Assembly (NCBI GenBank): GCA_047617105.1
Contig: JBLGCB010000002.1
Coordinates: 9,184-73,183 of the forward strand
Length of the DNA: 64,000 nucleotides
Direction of reading: 5' to 3'
From: Phenylobacterium sp.
GTDB lineage: Bacteria; Pseudomonadota; Gammaproteobacteria; Enterobacterales; Alteromonadaceae
Shown here in pieces: positions 40,101 through 47,065 of this stretch (position 1 is the stretch's first letter; every line of letters begins with the position of its first letter). The notes beneath the pieces were generated by a model. It saw only the letters and a list, made by a program, of their open reading frames with translations. It was not told where the DNA came from and made no database searches. The translations under genes were made by a program, and so were the position numbers.

Positions 40101-42497
40101 GCTAAACGACTGATGCAAATGATAACCACAGGCAGTGACCGTCGCTTCAGTTGGGCCATAAGTGTTGACCAATTCAACACTTTGTCCTTTGCTACTCCTT
40201 TTACGACTACATTGCTCAAACCAACGATTGGCCAAACCCGCTTGCAGCGCTTCGCCACCGACGATCACCATGCGTAAAAATTCGGGTAACACCTTCAGTT
40301 GACAGGAAGCCAGCTGATGCCAAAAGGCGGTGGGTAAGCTAACCAGCGAAATTTGCTGCTGCTGACAAAAATCGAAAAAGGCCAGCGGGTCGATGGCACA
40401 TGCTTCGTTTCTTAACACCAACTCGGCACCAAAACACAATGCGCCAAAGATTTCTTCTACCGCAATATCAAAGTTGATGGTCGAAAATTGCAATACTTTA
40501 TCTTGGGCGGTAATGCGATAACGCTGCTGCACATTGAGCAAAAAGTTGCTCAGCTGACGGTGCTCTACCATCACCCCTTTGGGGTTGCCGCTGGTGCCCG
40601 AGGTATAAATCACATAGGCCAAACTTTGTGGAGTGATGGTGATGTCTGGCAATGTGGTTTTACAGCCATATTGGACATATTTTGCATGGTCCATCAGCAA
40701 CAACTCAGCGTCAGACCCTTTGAGCGCAGCATGTTCTGCCAGCGATTGTTGGCTGATAATGGTTTTCAGTCCGGCATCGTTGATCATATATTGCAACCGG
40801 GCGGCCGGGTATGCCGGGTCTAGCGGCACATAAGCACCACCGGCTTTTAAAATCGCCAACATCGCCACCAGCATATCGGCGCAGCGGTGAAAACATAACC
40901 CCAGCAAGGTATCAGCAACCACCTGATGGTGTTCAATCAAGTGATGGGCGAGCGCATTACTTTGCTGTTCAAGTTCACTATAACTTAAGCTTTTTGCACC
41001 ATCCTTTACCGCGTAAGCATCTGGATTAAGTTGGGCCTGCTGACGGATTAACAGTGGTGCCGGGGCAATGGCCTGGTGCTGTTCTGTTGCTGCTGGTACA
41101 GCCACTCCCATTGCCACTTGCGGCTGAATATCAGCCAAAGTAGCACTGGCCGGGTCACTATGCTGCGCCAAATTAAGCAAGGTTTGTTTAAACAGATTCA
41201 GCATCACTGCCACCGCTTGCGGCTCAAAATCAGAACAGCGATAAGTCAGCTCTAGCTGTAACCCGCTACCAGATAATCCATTGGGCGGTATCACCGTGAC
41301 GGTTAATGGATAATTGAGGTTCGAACGGTTTTCTGCGGCTTCGACGGTAAAATCCAGTTGATTTAACAGCTCACCCATCGGCGCATTTTCATAAACAAAA
41401 ATGCTGTTAAACAGCGGTTGATGCTCGACTTCACTCCACTGCTGAATCAATGCCAATGAAGTGTGCTCATGCTCTCGCAGGTCTAAGTTATCTTGTTGGA
41501 GTTGGCCCAACCAAACACTTAATGGTTGCTGCGAATTCAACCGACAACGCAGCGGCAAGGTATTGATAAACAAACCGAGCATCGATTCAATGCCTGCCAC
41601 CGGGGCTGAACGACCTGCCACCGTGACACCAAATAAAACCTCATAGTCGCCACTGTATAACGCCAATGTTTGCGCCCAGGCCCCTTGCAACAAAGTGTTT
41701 AAGGTCACCTGATACTGGCGGGCGATGGCTTGCAGCTGTTTGGTGTTTTGCTGACTCAACTCACTGGTCAAGTCTTTACTCAACGGCTGATTGGCCGCTT
41801 TAAAACGATTGGGTTGCTCAATAGCCAACGAGGTTGGACTAGCAAAACCTTGCAGTTTTTGTTGCCAAAACGCCTGTTGCGGTTGTTTCTCAAGGTCTTG
41901 GGCTTCTAACCAAACAATATAGTCTTCGAAACGGGCGGGTTTGCTTAACTGCAAAGATTTGCCATCAGCAAAGTGGCCATAATATTGCAAAAAGTCGCTC
42001 ATGATCAGCGAGAAACACCAGGCATCCATTAAGATATGGTGATAACTGCGGGTAAACTGATAACGATTATCACCGAGTCGAATCAGTCGAACATGCATTA
42101 ATGGCGCTTGGTGAAAGGCCAAACCTTGTTCGCGCTCCTGTGCGAGTAATTGCTCAAGCTGTTGCTGCTGCTGGCTTTCGCCCAAGTGCGACCAGTCGAG
42201 AAAATCAAACGGCAATTCCACCGATTTCATCACCACCTGTAACGGCTGCTCTTGGCTGCGGTGAACAAAGCAAGTACGCAATATCTCATGCCGTGCCACC
42301 ACGGCCTGCCACGCGGTGGCAAAAGCGTCGATATTCAGATTCTCCATCACCATAATATGACGGTACTGTTGTAAATACATGCCGCAACCCGGATGCATCA
42401 GGCTATGAAATAACATGCCTTGCTGAGTCGGCGTTAATGGGTAAATCGCAGCTATCTGTTTGGATAAGGCATTGTTTATTAAAGTAGGGTTATTCAT
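34173..42497 (-). CDS. NRPS 2: C-A-T-C-T-C-A-T (contains an A-less C-T module)
   Basis: C: HHILMDAWC, EHHIISDHVS, EHHVVSDHVG. A: YVIYTSGTSGNPKGV/NTYGPTEATV/YRSGDLV and YLIYTSGSTGAPKGV/NLYGPTEAAIDVS/YKTGDLV. T: FFTLGGHSLLVVQ, FFQLGGHSLLVMQ and FFALGGQSLLAMQ. There are no A-domain motifs between the second C and the second T. Confidence 0.95.
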   Translation of the reverse strand: MNNPTLINNALSKQIAAIYPLTPTQQGMLFHSLMHPGCGMYLQQYRHIMVMENLNIDAFATAWQAVVARHEILRTCFVHRSQEQPLQVVMKSVELPFDFLDWSHLGESQQQQQLEQLLAQEREQGLAFHQAPLMHVRLIRLGDNRYQFTRSYHHILMDAWCFSLIMSDFLQYYGHFADGKSLQLSKPARFEDYIVWLEAQDLEKQPQQAFWQQKLQGFASPTSLAIEQPNRFKAANQPLSKDLTSELSQQNTKQLQAIARQYQVTLNTLLQGAWAQTLALYSGDYEVLFGVTVAGRSAPVAGIESMLGLFINTLPLRCRLNSQQPLSVWLGQLQQDNLDLREHEHTSLALIQQWSEVEHQPLFNSIFVYENAPMGELLNQLDFTVEAAENRSNLNYPLTVTVIPPNGLSGSGLQLELTYRCSDFEPQAVAVMLNLFKQTLLNLAQHSDPASATLADIQPQVAMGVAVPAATEQHQAIAPAPLLIRQQAQLNPDAYAVKDGAKSLSYSELEQQSNALAHHLIEHHQVVADTLLGLCFHRCADMLVAMLAILKAGGAYVPLDPAYPAARLQYMINDAGLKTIISQQSLAEHAALKGSDAELLLMDHAKYVQYGCKTTLPDITITPQSLAYVIYTSGTSGNPKGVMVEHRQLSNFLLNVQQRYRITAQDKVLQFSTINFDIAVEEIFGALCFGAELVLRNEACAIDPLAFFDFCQQQQISLVSLPTAFWHQLASCQLKVLPEFLRMVIVGGEALQAGLANRWFEQCSRKRSSKGQSVELVNTYGPTEATVTACGYHLHQSFSASGEIPIGEANINTQLYVLDAKHNQLPFNALGELFIGGDSVARGYLNQPELTAERFVPSPFGPGLLYRSGDLVRWGVDGQLEFVGRIDDQVKIRGFRVELAEIEAVLQQCEGVKQALVTVYKKANGDKALAAYFTANNTSNNDIDTTTLRQQLAVSLADYMLPSVFIALERLPLTANGKIDKKALPAPQSQRLIKPQAPTNELEATLCEVWQQLLDINHVGIDDNFFTLGGHSLLVVQLLSALRKRELVIEAAQLFKTPTPAGLAAAIVASTALVSAAVPANKIPDDCQAITPEMLPLIELSQSEIDQLGCADNIQDIYPLAPLQQGILFHHMIDPDNDPYVVSALLDVANENIFNRLVEGLQWLINRHDVLRTRIVWRKLKKPVQVISRQAPLSLTWLELAGNDDIVELMRQHQLSSQGGRNFSIDLQQAPLLQVQVAKDPKTDRHAVLFLEHHIISDHVSVDIIIKELAAFVAGDELNLNPSVPYRNFVAAFTGTAQHSSSQAESMAYFTQQLAGMNTATLPYDLNVGGQLAQHKHTLDNPLSQQIRDTAKQYGMSPAVLFHGAWSLVVAQASGRSDIVFGTVMSGRLQNIDNLDAMLGLFINTLPLRINLYQLTADQLLRLMQQNLQALIPHEQCSLAMAKQCAQLPTEQGLFSALLNYRHSSPANDHALNGIKLVEVAEPSNYPFTLSVDDYGASAGFAITAEIDQQIPAKQVIDDMLNALQLLLEADGSSHVLTDDHCADQGLPAVAVQALPKLSLPKLSLPPLSLPPQSQPPKTKAEKQLALVWQEVLDVENVSRDDNFFQLGGHSLLVMQMITTLQQQNISLSATEIFANPDLKSLALLLKNSTVARFSAPANGIPADCTHITPDMLSMVTLNSDDIASIVAKVPGGAANIEDIYPLASLQQGILFHHMIDPDNDPYVMPAFLRIQGSEAYALFIDGLQQVIKRHDVLRTAILWRHRTQPVQVVYREVTLPVTMVEFDDSEFDDREFDDSQDHLAQMQRHCADMTINIEKAPLIGLTVAHHRVNDEYMIGLLEHHVVSDHVGLAIIQQELALIFAGNVEQLAAPVQYREFVAHSHHQQQLQTQDATAYFSQLLGDIEQPTLPFNLTNVQNQGGSIDEQEQQLPTALSLQIRQRAKQLKLTPAALFHSAMAMVIAACSGASNDVVFGTVMSGRLQGGEQGSMGMFINTLPLRVKLDCNLSSNSSGLVTQVNQSLLDLVPFEQVSLALAQSCSGIAAELPLFSAIINYRHSQKAPPLDEHNPLAGLKFIGTKERTNYPLTISVDDYGDDFVINVQVEQPYSARRICAYFETALSNLLSESSQPSSVLGSVLPLSEQQQIFELNQTDADYPHDQCIHQLFEAQVALSGDHCALVFGEQRLSYRALDQQANQLADYLLQQGKQQVMQQGMQQGQQGGFVALHMQRSIEMVIAIWAVLKSGAAYLPIDPELPTSRIDTILADSQPMMVLTEQLVRQCLDQAPSTAALRPVQSSLSPFSPLSPLSPLSPLSPLSPQAPAYLIYTSGSTGAPKGVVCSHQGLVNRIHWMQKQYPLTDNDRVLQKTPYSFDVSVWEFVWPLVTGATLVIAKPQGHKDPAYLAEVIKQQQITTLHFVPSMLAQMLNSKHSGHWLQGSAVKQVFCSGEALTNDIQQTFFANSKAKLHNLYGPTEAAIDVSFWPCAAEHHTVPIGKPIDNTQLLVLDQQQQLVPFGASGELYIGGVGLALGYLNQAELTAQCFIDNPFSQINSQRLYKTGDLVRYQADGNLLYLGRIDHQVKIRGLRIELGEIESQLTSHPAINGAQVCAQSDHKGDQHLVAYVIADKTSESELKAHLSAHLPSYMVPSIFIFVEQWPLNSNGKIDRKALPIATFSSVKTDFIAPSTEAQQLLAQIWADLLGINANDISINSNFFALGGQSLLAMQLISLIESRFGLSLSLQSLFQSPTIANISLQIAANAVKDDTLDFMDQLLSEFED
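35554..35616 (-). repeat. 9-nt in-frame tandem repeat x7 (GGTGAGAGR; encodes SPLSPLSPLSPL...) inside an A domain
   Basis: Read directly. It lies just upstream (protein sense) of the AYLIYTSGSTG core motif of the Ser-type A domain. Confidence 0.9.
35841..35900 (-). repeat. 12-nt in-frame tandem repeat x5 (CCCCTGTTGCAT-like; encodes QQG(K/M)QQ...)
   Basis: Read directly. Located between A-domain core motifs A1 and A2. Confidence 0.85.
37111..37155 (-). repeat. 15-nt in-frame tandem repeat x3 (encodes EFDDS/EFDDR/EFDDS)
   Basis: CTGTCATCAAAYTCM x3, inside the third C domain of NRPS 2. Confidence 0.9.
37769..37843 (-). repeat. 15-nt in-frame tandem repeat x5 (encodes LPKLS/LPKLS/LPPLS/LPPQS...) in the C-T linker of the A-less module
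   Basis: Read directly. Confidence 0.85.
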
Positions 42498-45400
42498 GAT
42501 TGTAACTCGGCTAGTAAGGAGACAAATGCCGCATCATCGATGCCCGCATGAGGAAAATCGGATCCGGTGGCCCGGCCATTGGCCTGATTAGAACAATGCC
42601 GAACAATCGCCTTCACTTGCTGGTCAAACGCCACCGCGACCTCCGGCAAGGTATTAAATACCGGATGGTTGTTCGGATAACACCAATCAACTTGCAAGCT
42701 GCCATTAACGATGATGGCATTGATATCCAGCAGGTGAGGACGCTGGTTTTGGGCCCCACGCATACCCACGCACATTGCTGGTATTAACTGAAAAGCTTGA
42801 TCATCAAGCTGTGGCTGCTGGCCGAGGTAGTTAAACGAGACCAACGATGAATGACCCCACTCTTGCGTTTGTGGTAATGGCTGTGCGCCATAACGAATCA
42901 TGCCATAACTCAAACCATGGTCAGGCACATTACGCAATTGCTCTTTGGTGTCGATGATGGCTTGTTCGAGTGAGTCGCTGGTGGTGAACTTTTGCGGATA
43001 ACGACAAGTAAACCAGCCGATGCTACGGGATAAATCGATGTCGGCTGTTAAAGCTTCACGGCCATGACCTTCAAGCTCAATGGTAATTTGAGTCAGATTC
43101 AACCACTGACTCAAGGTTCTCACCAAGGCACAAATCAACAACTCCTGCACTCGGGTATGATATGGCTGATTTGATTGATGGATTAACGCGCTGGTAATAG
43201 ATTCGTCAAACCCCATCCTATGATGGCGGCTGTTACCATAACGGTTATCAACCTGTGAGATAGCGGTGACAGATAACTGTTGCATCCAGTATTGACGTTT
43301 ATTGTCGATATCTTCAATAGCGGTTTGGGCCAACAGCTGTTGCCAATCGGCAAATTCGGTTGATACGGGATCCAAGCTTTGCTGATGGTAGGCTTTAAGC
43401 AAATCATCGACAATAATCCGCCATGATACCGCATCAACAATCAAGTGGTGCGCCGCCAGCAGCAAGGTATTGCTTTGGGCAAACCAGACAAAACGTAATA
43501 ACGGCGCTGCCGCCAAGTCAAAGTCACCCTGCACCAATGTAAGCAGTTCGTCATCAACTTGTGCATCAATCACTTTCACCACATCTGCCGCCCAGTGCGA
43601 TTGATAATCTTGGTAATGCTGTGACCAGCTGCTCTGGGTTTGGTTCTGACTAAAGGCCAATCGTAAACTGGCATGATGGGCCAAGATAGCGTCCGTTGCA
43701 GTGACTAACGCTTCAATATTCAACCCATTGGGTGCTTTTAATAAAATCGATTGATTCCAATGACCCGGATTATCTAGCTTTTGCTCGAGCAACCAATGCT
43801 GAATTGGGGTCAGCGCAAATGATTGTTGAGTGAGTGAGGTCTGAGCTATTGGTTGCACTGGCTGTTGTTTTAAAGCCAGTGCTGCCGCCAATGCTGCAAT
43901 CGTTTTATAAGCAAAAATATCTTTGGGCAAAATCTGAATATTATGGCTTCGTGCTTTGGCCACCACTTGTAAACTGAGAATTGAGTCACCACCGCTGGCA
44001 AAAAAGTCATCATCAACGCTTAACTCAGGTTTGCCGAGCATTTGCCGCCAAATTTCCAGCAGCACAGTCTCTGTAGGATTAAGCACTCTGTTTTGCACAC
44101 TGGTCGCGGTTGGTTTCTCACTGCACGCAGGCAAGGCTTTTTTATCGATTTTGCCATTGGCTAACCGTGGCAAAGCCTCTAACAATACCCAATCAGCAGG
44201 CTGCATATAATCGGGCAATGCTTGGGCTGCAAGCTGTTGAATAACCTCAAGCTGCTGTTCACTGACCAGATAAGCCACCAGCGAATTTTTGCCCTGTGCA
44301 TTGGTGATATTCAGCACCACGGCATCGCTAACATGCTGCTTTAACCAGTGTTCAATCTCGCCAAGTTCTACCCGGTAGCCGCGTATTTTCACCTGGCTGT
44401 CATTGCGACCAAGATAATGCAATTGCTGCCCGTGCATCACCACACTGTCACCGCTGCGATACCAGCGTTTACCCTGATATTGATAAAACTGTTGCTGGTT
44501 CAACTTTATTTGATTGAGGTAACCTGCGGCCACGGTCGGGCCACTAATATGCAGCTCACCAGGGAACCCCTCAATCTGATGATGACCAGCACTATCCACC
44601 ACCCTGACGGTCATATTGGCCATCGGTTGGCCCAGCGCAATACTATCTGCGTCGTCTCCAGTCAGCTTGTTTAGTAATACCCCGATGGTGGTTTCAGACG
44701 GTCCATAATGATTAAAAATAGCCAACGCTGGTTTTTGTGCCCTGATGCGATTAAACAGTTGTGGCGAAAAGGCTTCGCCACCACAAATCAGCACCTGTTG
44801 TGGCAAAATTTCTAAAGCATCTTGCTGTTCAGCCAACAGCAAACCATTTAAATGTGACGGCACGATTTTAAGGCAATCAACCGGCTCGGCTTTAAGTGCA
44901 CTGACCAATGCTTGGCTATCTAGCGCCAGCGATTCAGCCAATAAACGCAAACAACGCCCAGTCAGCAGCGCACCAAATAATGCGGTATAACCCAAGTCTG
45001 CACTGTGATTAGACAAACTGGCCATGCTGGCATTGGCCGTTAAACCGAGTTGAGGCATTACCCCGCTGACATAATGAACCAAATTACTTTGACTGATGCA
45101 AACCGCTTTAGGGTTACCGGTCGAGCCTGAGGTGTAAATACAATAGGCTTCGTCTTCAGGTTGATTAGACACTTGCTCTGACGAATAGGTATATGCTCCA
45201 CTAGTCGAGGTTAAGTGATCATTGCTGATCACAAGGGCCAGCCCGGCATCTTTAACAATGTAATCAATTCTTGCCTGTGGCCACTGGGTATCAAGCACCA
45301 CAAAAGAACCGCCAAGACGCCAGCTAGCCAACATCAACACCACCTGCTTGACACCACGAGGTAAATGAATGCCTAACCTTTTATTGGCACCAAAACCCTG

Positions 45401-47065
45401 CTCAACCAAACGATTGGCTTGTTGTTCTACCTGCCCAAACAGGTCGCTATAACTGATTTTTAAACCCTCGCTTGAAATGGCGATGGCCTGAGGTGAAGCG
45501 GCAACATTGTCAGCAAAAGCCTGCGAAGCAGTGGCGGCAAGCGCGGGTTGTGACGGCCCTTTGAGCACAGATTGCAGTGATTGTGGCCCCATGCTTAACT
45601 GATCAAGCAGCAAATGTTGATTGGTCAACAACTGGTCCACCACATGAAAAAACATGGTTTGAATTCGTTCAACCGTGGCGGGTTTATACAGGCTATTGTT
45701 ATAACGCCATTTACACACAAAGTCGCTTTTATCGTCAACCACCACCAAGTTTAATTCATGGGCTGCACCGCGCTGCTCTGCCAACAATTCACGTTCAATC
45801 AGTTGCTGGTCAAGGCTATTGTGATGCAACTGGTTTAAGGTAAACATATGCTGAAATACCGGGTTACGGCCGGCTGTTCGGTTAACTTCAGGCTTGTCGG
45901 TCAAATTGTCCATAAGCGTGGCAAATGGATAAGCTTGATGTTTTACCATCTGCTGTATTTGTTGATTAACCTTCACCAACCACTGCGAAAACAGCTGTTG
46001 TTGGTCGGTTTGACAGCGCAACGCCACCGGGTTAACCAAATAACCCACCAACTCATTGTCTTGCGGGGTTAACCGCCCAGCCGCGGGCGTGCCGATAACA
46101 AAATCGCTTTGCCCAGACAACCGAGACATAAACCATTGAAAAGCCGCCATCCACCACACATAAGGGGTGACGCTTTGCATTTGGCAAGCCTGTCGTAACT
46201 GCTGTGATAACGCTGGCGCTAATGTCTGTTGTATTTCAGCCCCAGCGGATTCTAGATTCGGTTGATGCACAAAATCTGTCGGTAACTGTAATTGCGGTAA
46301 ACCTGCTAAAGTTTGCAGCCAATAAGCCTGATCTTGCGGCTTTGTCTGGGTTTGCTGGTTGAGAGTCCATTGCTGATAATCATAATCTGGATACTGGCGA
46401 GTTACCGGGGCAGATTTATTCAGCAAGCGCAGCAAGTCACGACGCAATAATTCAAAAGAAATAAAATCGGCCGCGATATGATGGACCACAATAGATAAAT
46501 AACAGTTTTCGCCAACTTTTAGCACAGATGCAACACAGGTTTTACCGGCATCAGGTGCCAGTTGCTGGTCAGCTTGTTGATTGACCCATTGTTTGATGCG
46601 CAACTCGCTGGCATCGGCCGCTTCAATGATAGCCACTGCTGACTGTTGACTGCCATTAAGCCATTGAAAAGGTTCACCATCACGCTCACCATAATTGCAA
46701 TTAAGCTGCGGGTAAGTCTGTAATAACTGACTAAAGGCAAACTGAATATCTTCATCACTGTAATGATTTTTCAGTTGGATGGCCCATGCCATGTTATACG
46801 CCACACTGGTCGGGTTGAGCCGATATAAAAACCACAACGCCCGTTCATTATCACTCAGAGGCCGGGTCTGATAATAATCAGCTTGTTCGGTTAACAGTTC
46901 AATTAGCGCGGGTTTAGCCGCTTTGATTTGCTGTAATAAGGTGTCATTCATCGCCCCTTCTGGCGCTTTAAATGCCAAGTTATCACCGTTCACCGTCAGT
47001 TCAATGCCGAGTTTCCAGCAGTTTTTTAACAGAGTAGGTATTGCTGTTGAGGCTATTGTGGCCAT
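42494..47065 (-). CDS. NRPS 1: TubC-type N-terminal docking domain - starter C - A(Asp code) - T - E
   Basis: The ATG at 47065 overlaps the FAAL stop (TAATG). LLKNCWKLGIELTVNGDNLAFKAPEGAMNDTLLQQIKAAKPALIELL is docking-domain-like. C: HHIAADFIS. A: YCIYTSGSTGNPKAV/NHYGPSETTIGV/YRSGDSV. T: FFASGGDSILSLQ. E: LTPIQHW, HHLIVDAVSW, EGHGRE. The track start at 47185 adds 40 aa that overlap the FAAL gene. Confidence 0.95.
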   Translation of the reverse strand: MATIASTAIPTLLKNCWKLGIELTVNGDNLAFKAPEGAMNDTLLQQIKAAKPALIELLTEQADYYQTRPLSDNERALWFLYRLNPTSVAYNMAWAIQLKNHYSDEDIQFAFSQLLQTYPQLNCNYGERDGEPFQWLNGSQQSAVAIIEAADASELRIKQWVNQQADQQLAPDAGKTCVASVLKVGENCYLSIVVHHIAADFISFELLRRDLLRLLNKSAPVTRQYPDYDYQQWTLNQQTQTKPQDQAYWLQTLAGLPQLQLPTDFVHQPNLESAGAEIQQTLAPALSQQLRQACQMQSVTPYVWWMAAFQWFMSRLSGQSDFVIGTPAAGRLTPQDNELVGYLVNPVALRCQTDQQQLFSQWLVKVNQQIQQMVKHQAYPFATLMDNLTDKPEVNRTAGRNPVFQHMFTLNQLHHNSLDQQLIERELLAEQRGAAHELNLVVVDDKSDFVCKWRYNNSLYKPATVERIQTMFFHVVDQLLTNQHLLLDQLSMGPQSLQSVLKGPSQPALAATASQAFADNVAASPQAIAISSEGLKISYSDLFGQVEQQANRLVEQGFGANKRLGIHLPRGVKQVVLMLASWRLGGSFVVLDTQWPQARIDYIVKDAGLALVISNDHLTSTSGAYTYSSEQVSNQPEDEAYCIYTSGSTGNPKAVCISQSNLVHYVSGVMPQLGLTANASMASLSNHSADLGYTALFGALLTGRCLRLLAESLALDSQALVSALKAEPVDCLKIVPSHLNGLLLAEQQDALEILPQQVLICGGEAFSPQLFNRIRAQKPALAIFNHYGPSETTIGVLLNKLTGDDADSIALGQPMANMTVRVVDSAGHHQIEGFPGELHISGPTVAAGYLNQIKLNQQQFYQYQGKRWYRSGDSVVMHGQQLHYLGRNDSQVKIRGYRVELGEIEHWLKQHVSDAVVLNITNAQGKNSLVAYLVSEQQLEVIQQLAAQALPDYMQPADWVLLEALPRLANGKIDKKALPACSEKPTATSVQNRVLNPTETVLLEIWRQMLGKPELSVDDDFFASGGDSILSLQVVAKARSHNIQILPKDIFAYKTIAALAAALALKQQPVQPIAQTSLTQQSFALTPIQHWLLEQKLDNPGHWNQSILLKAPNGLNIEALVTATDAILAHHASLRLAFSQNQTQSSWSQHYQDYQSHWAADVVKVIDAQVDDELLTLVQGDFDLAAAPLLRFVWFAQSNTLLLAAHHLIVDAVSWRIIVDDLLKAYHQQSLDPVSTEFADWQQLLAQTAIEDIDNKRQYWMQQLSVTAISQVDNRYGNSRHHRMGFDESITSALIHQSNQPYHTRVQELLICALVRTLSQWLNLTQITIELEGHGREALTADIDLSRSIGWFTCRYPQKFTTSDSLEQAIIDTKEQLRNVPDHGLSYGMIRYGAQPLPQTQEWGHSSLVSFNYLGQQPQLDDQAFQLIPAMCVGMRGAQNQRPHLLDINAIIVNGSLQVDWCYPNNHPVFNTLPEVAVAFDQQVKAIVRHCSNQANGRATGSDFPHAGIDDAAFVSLLAELQS

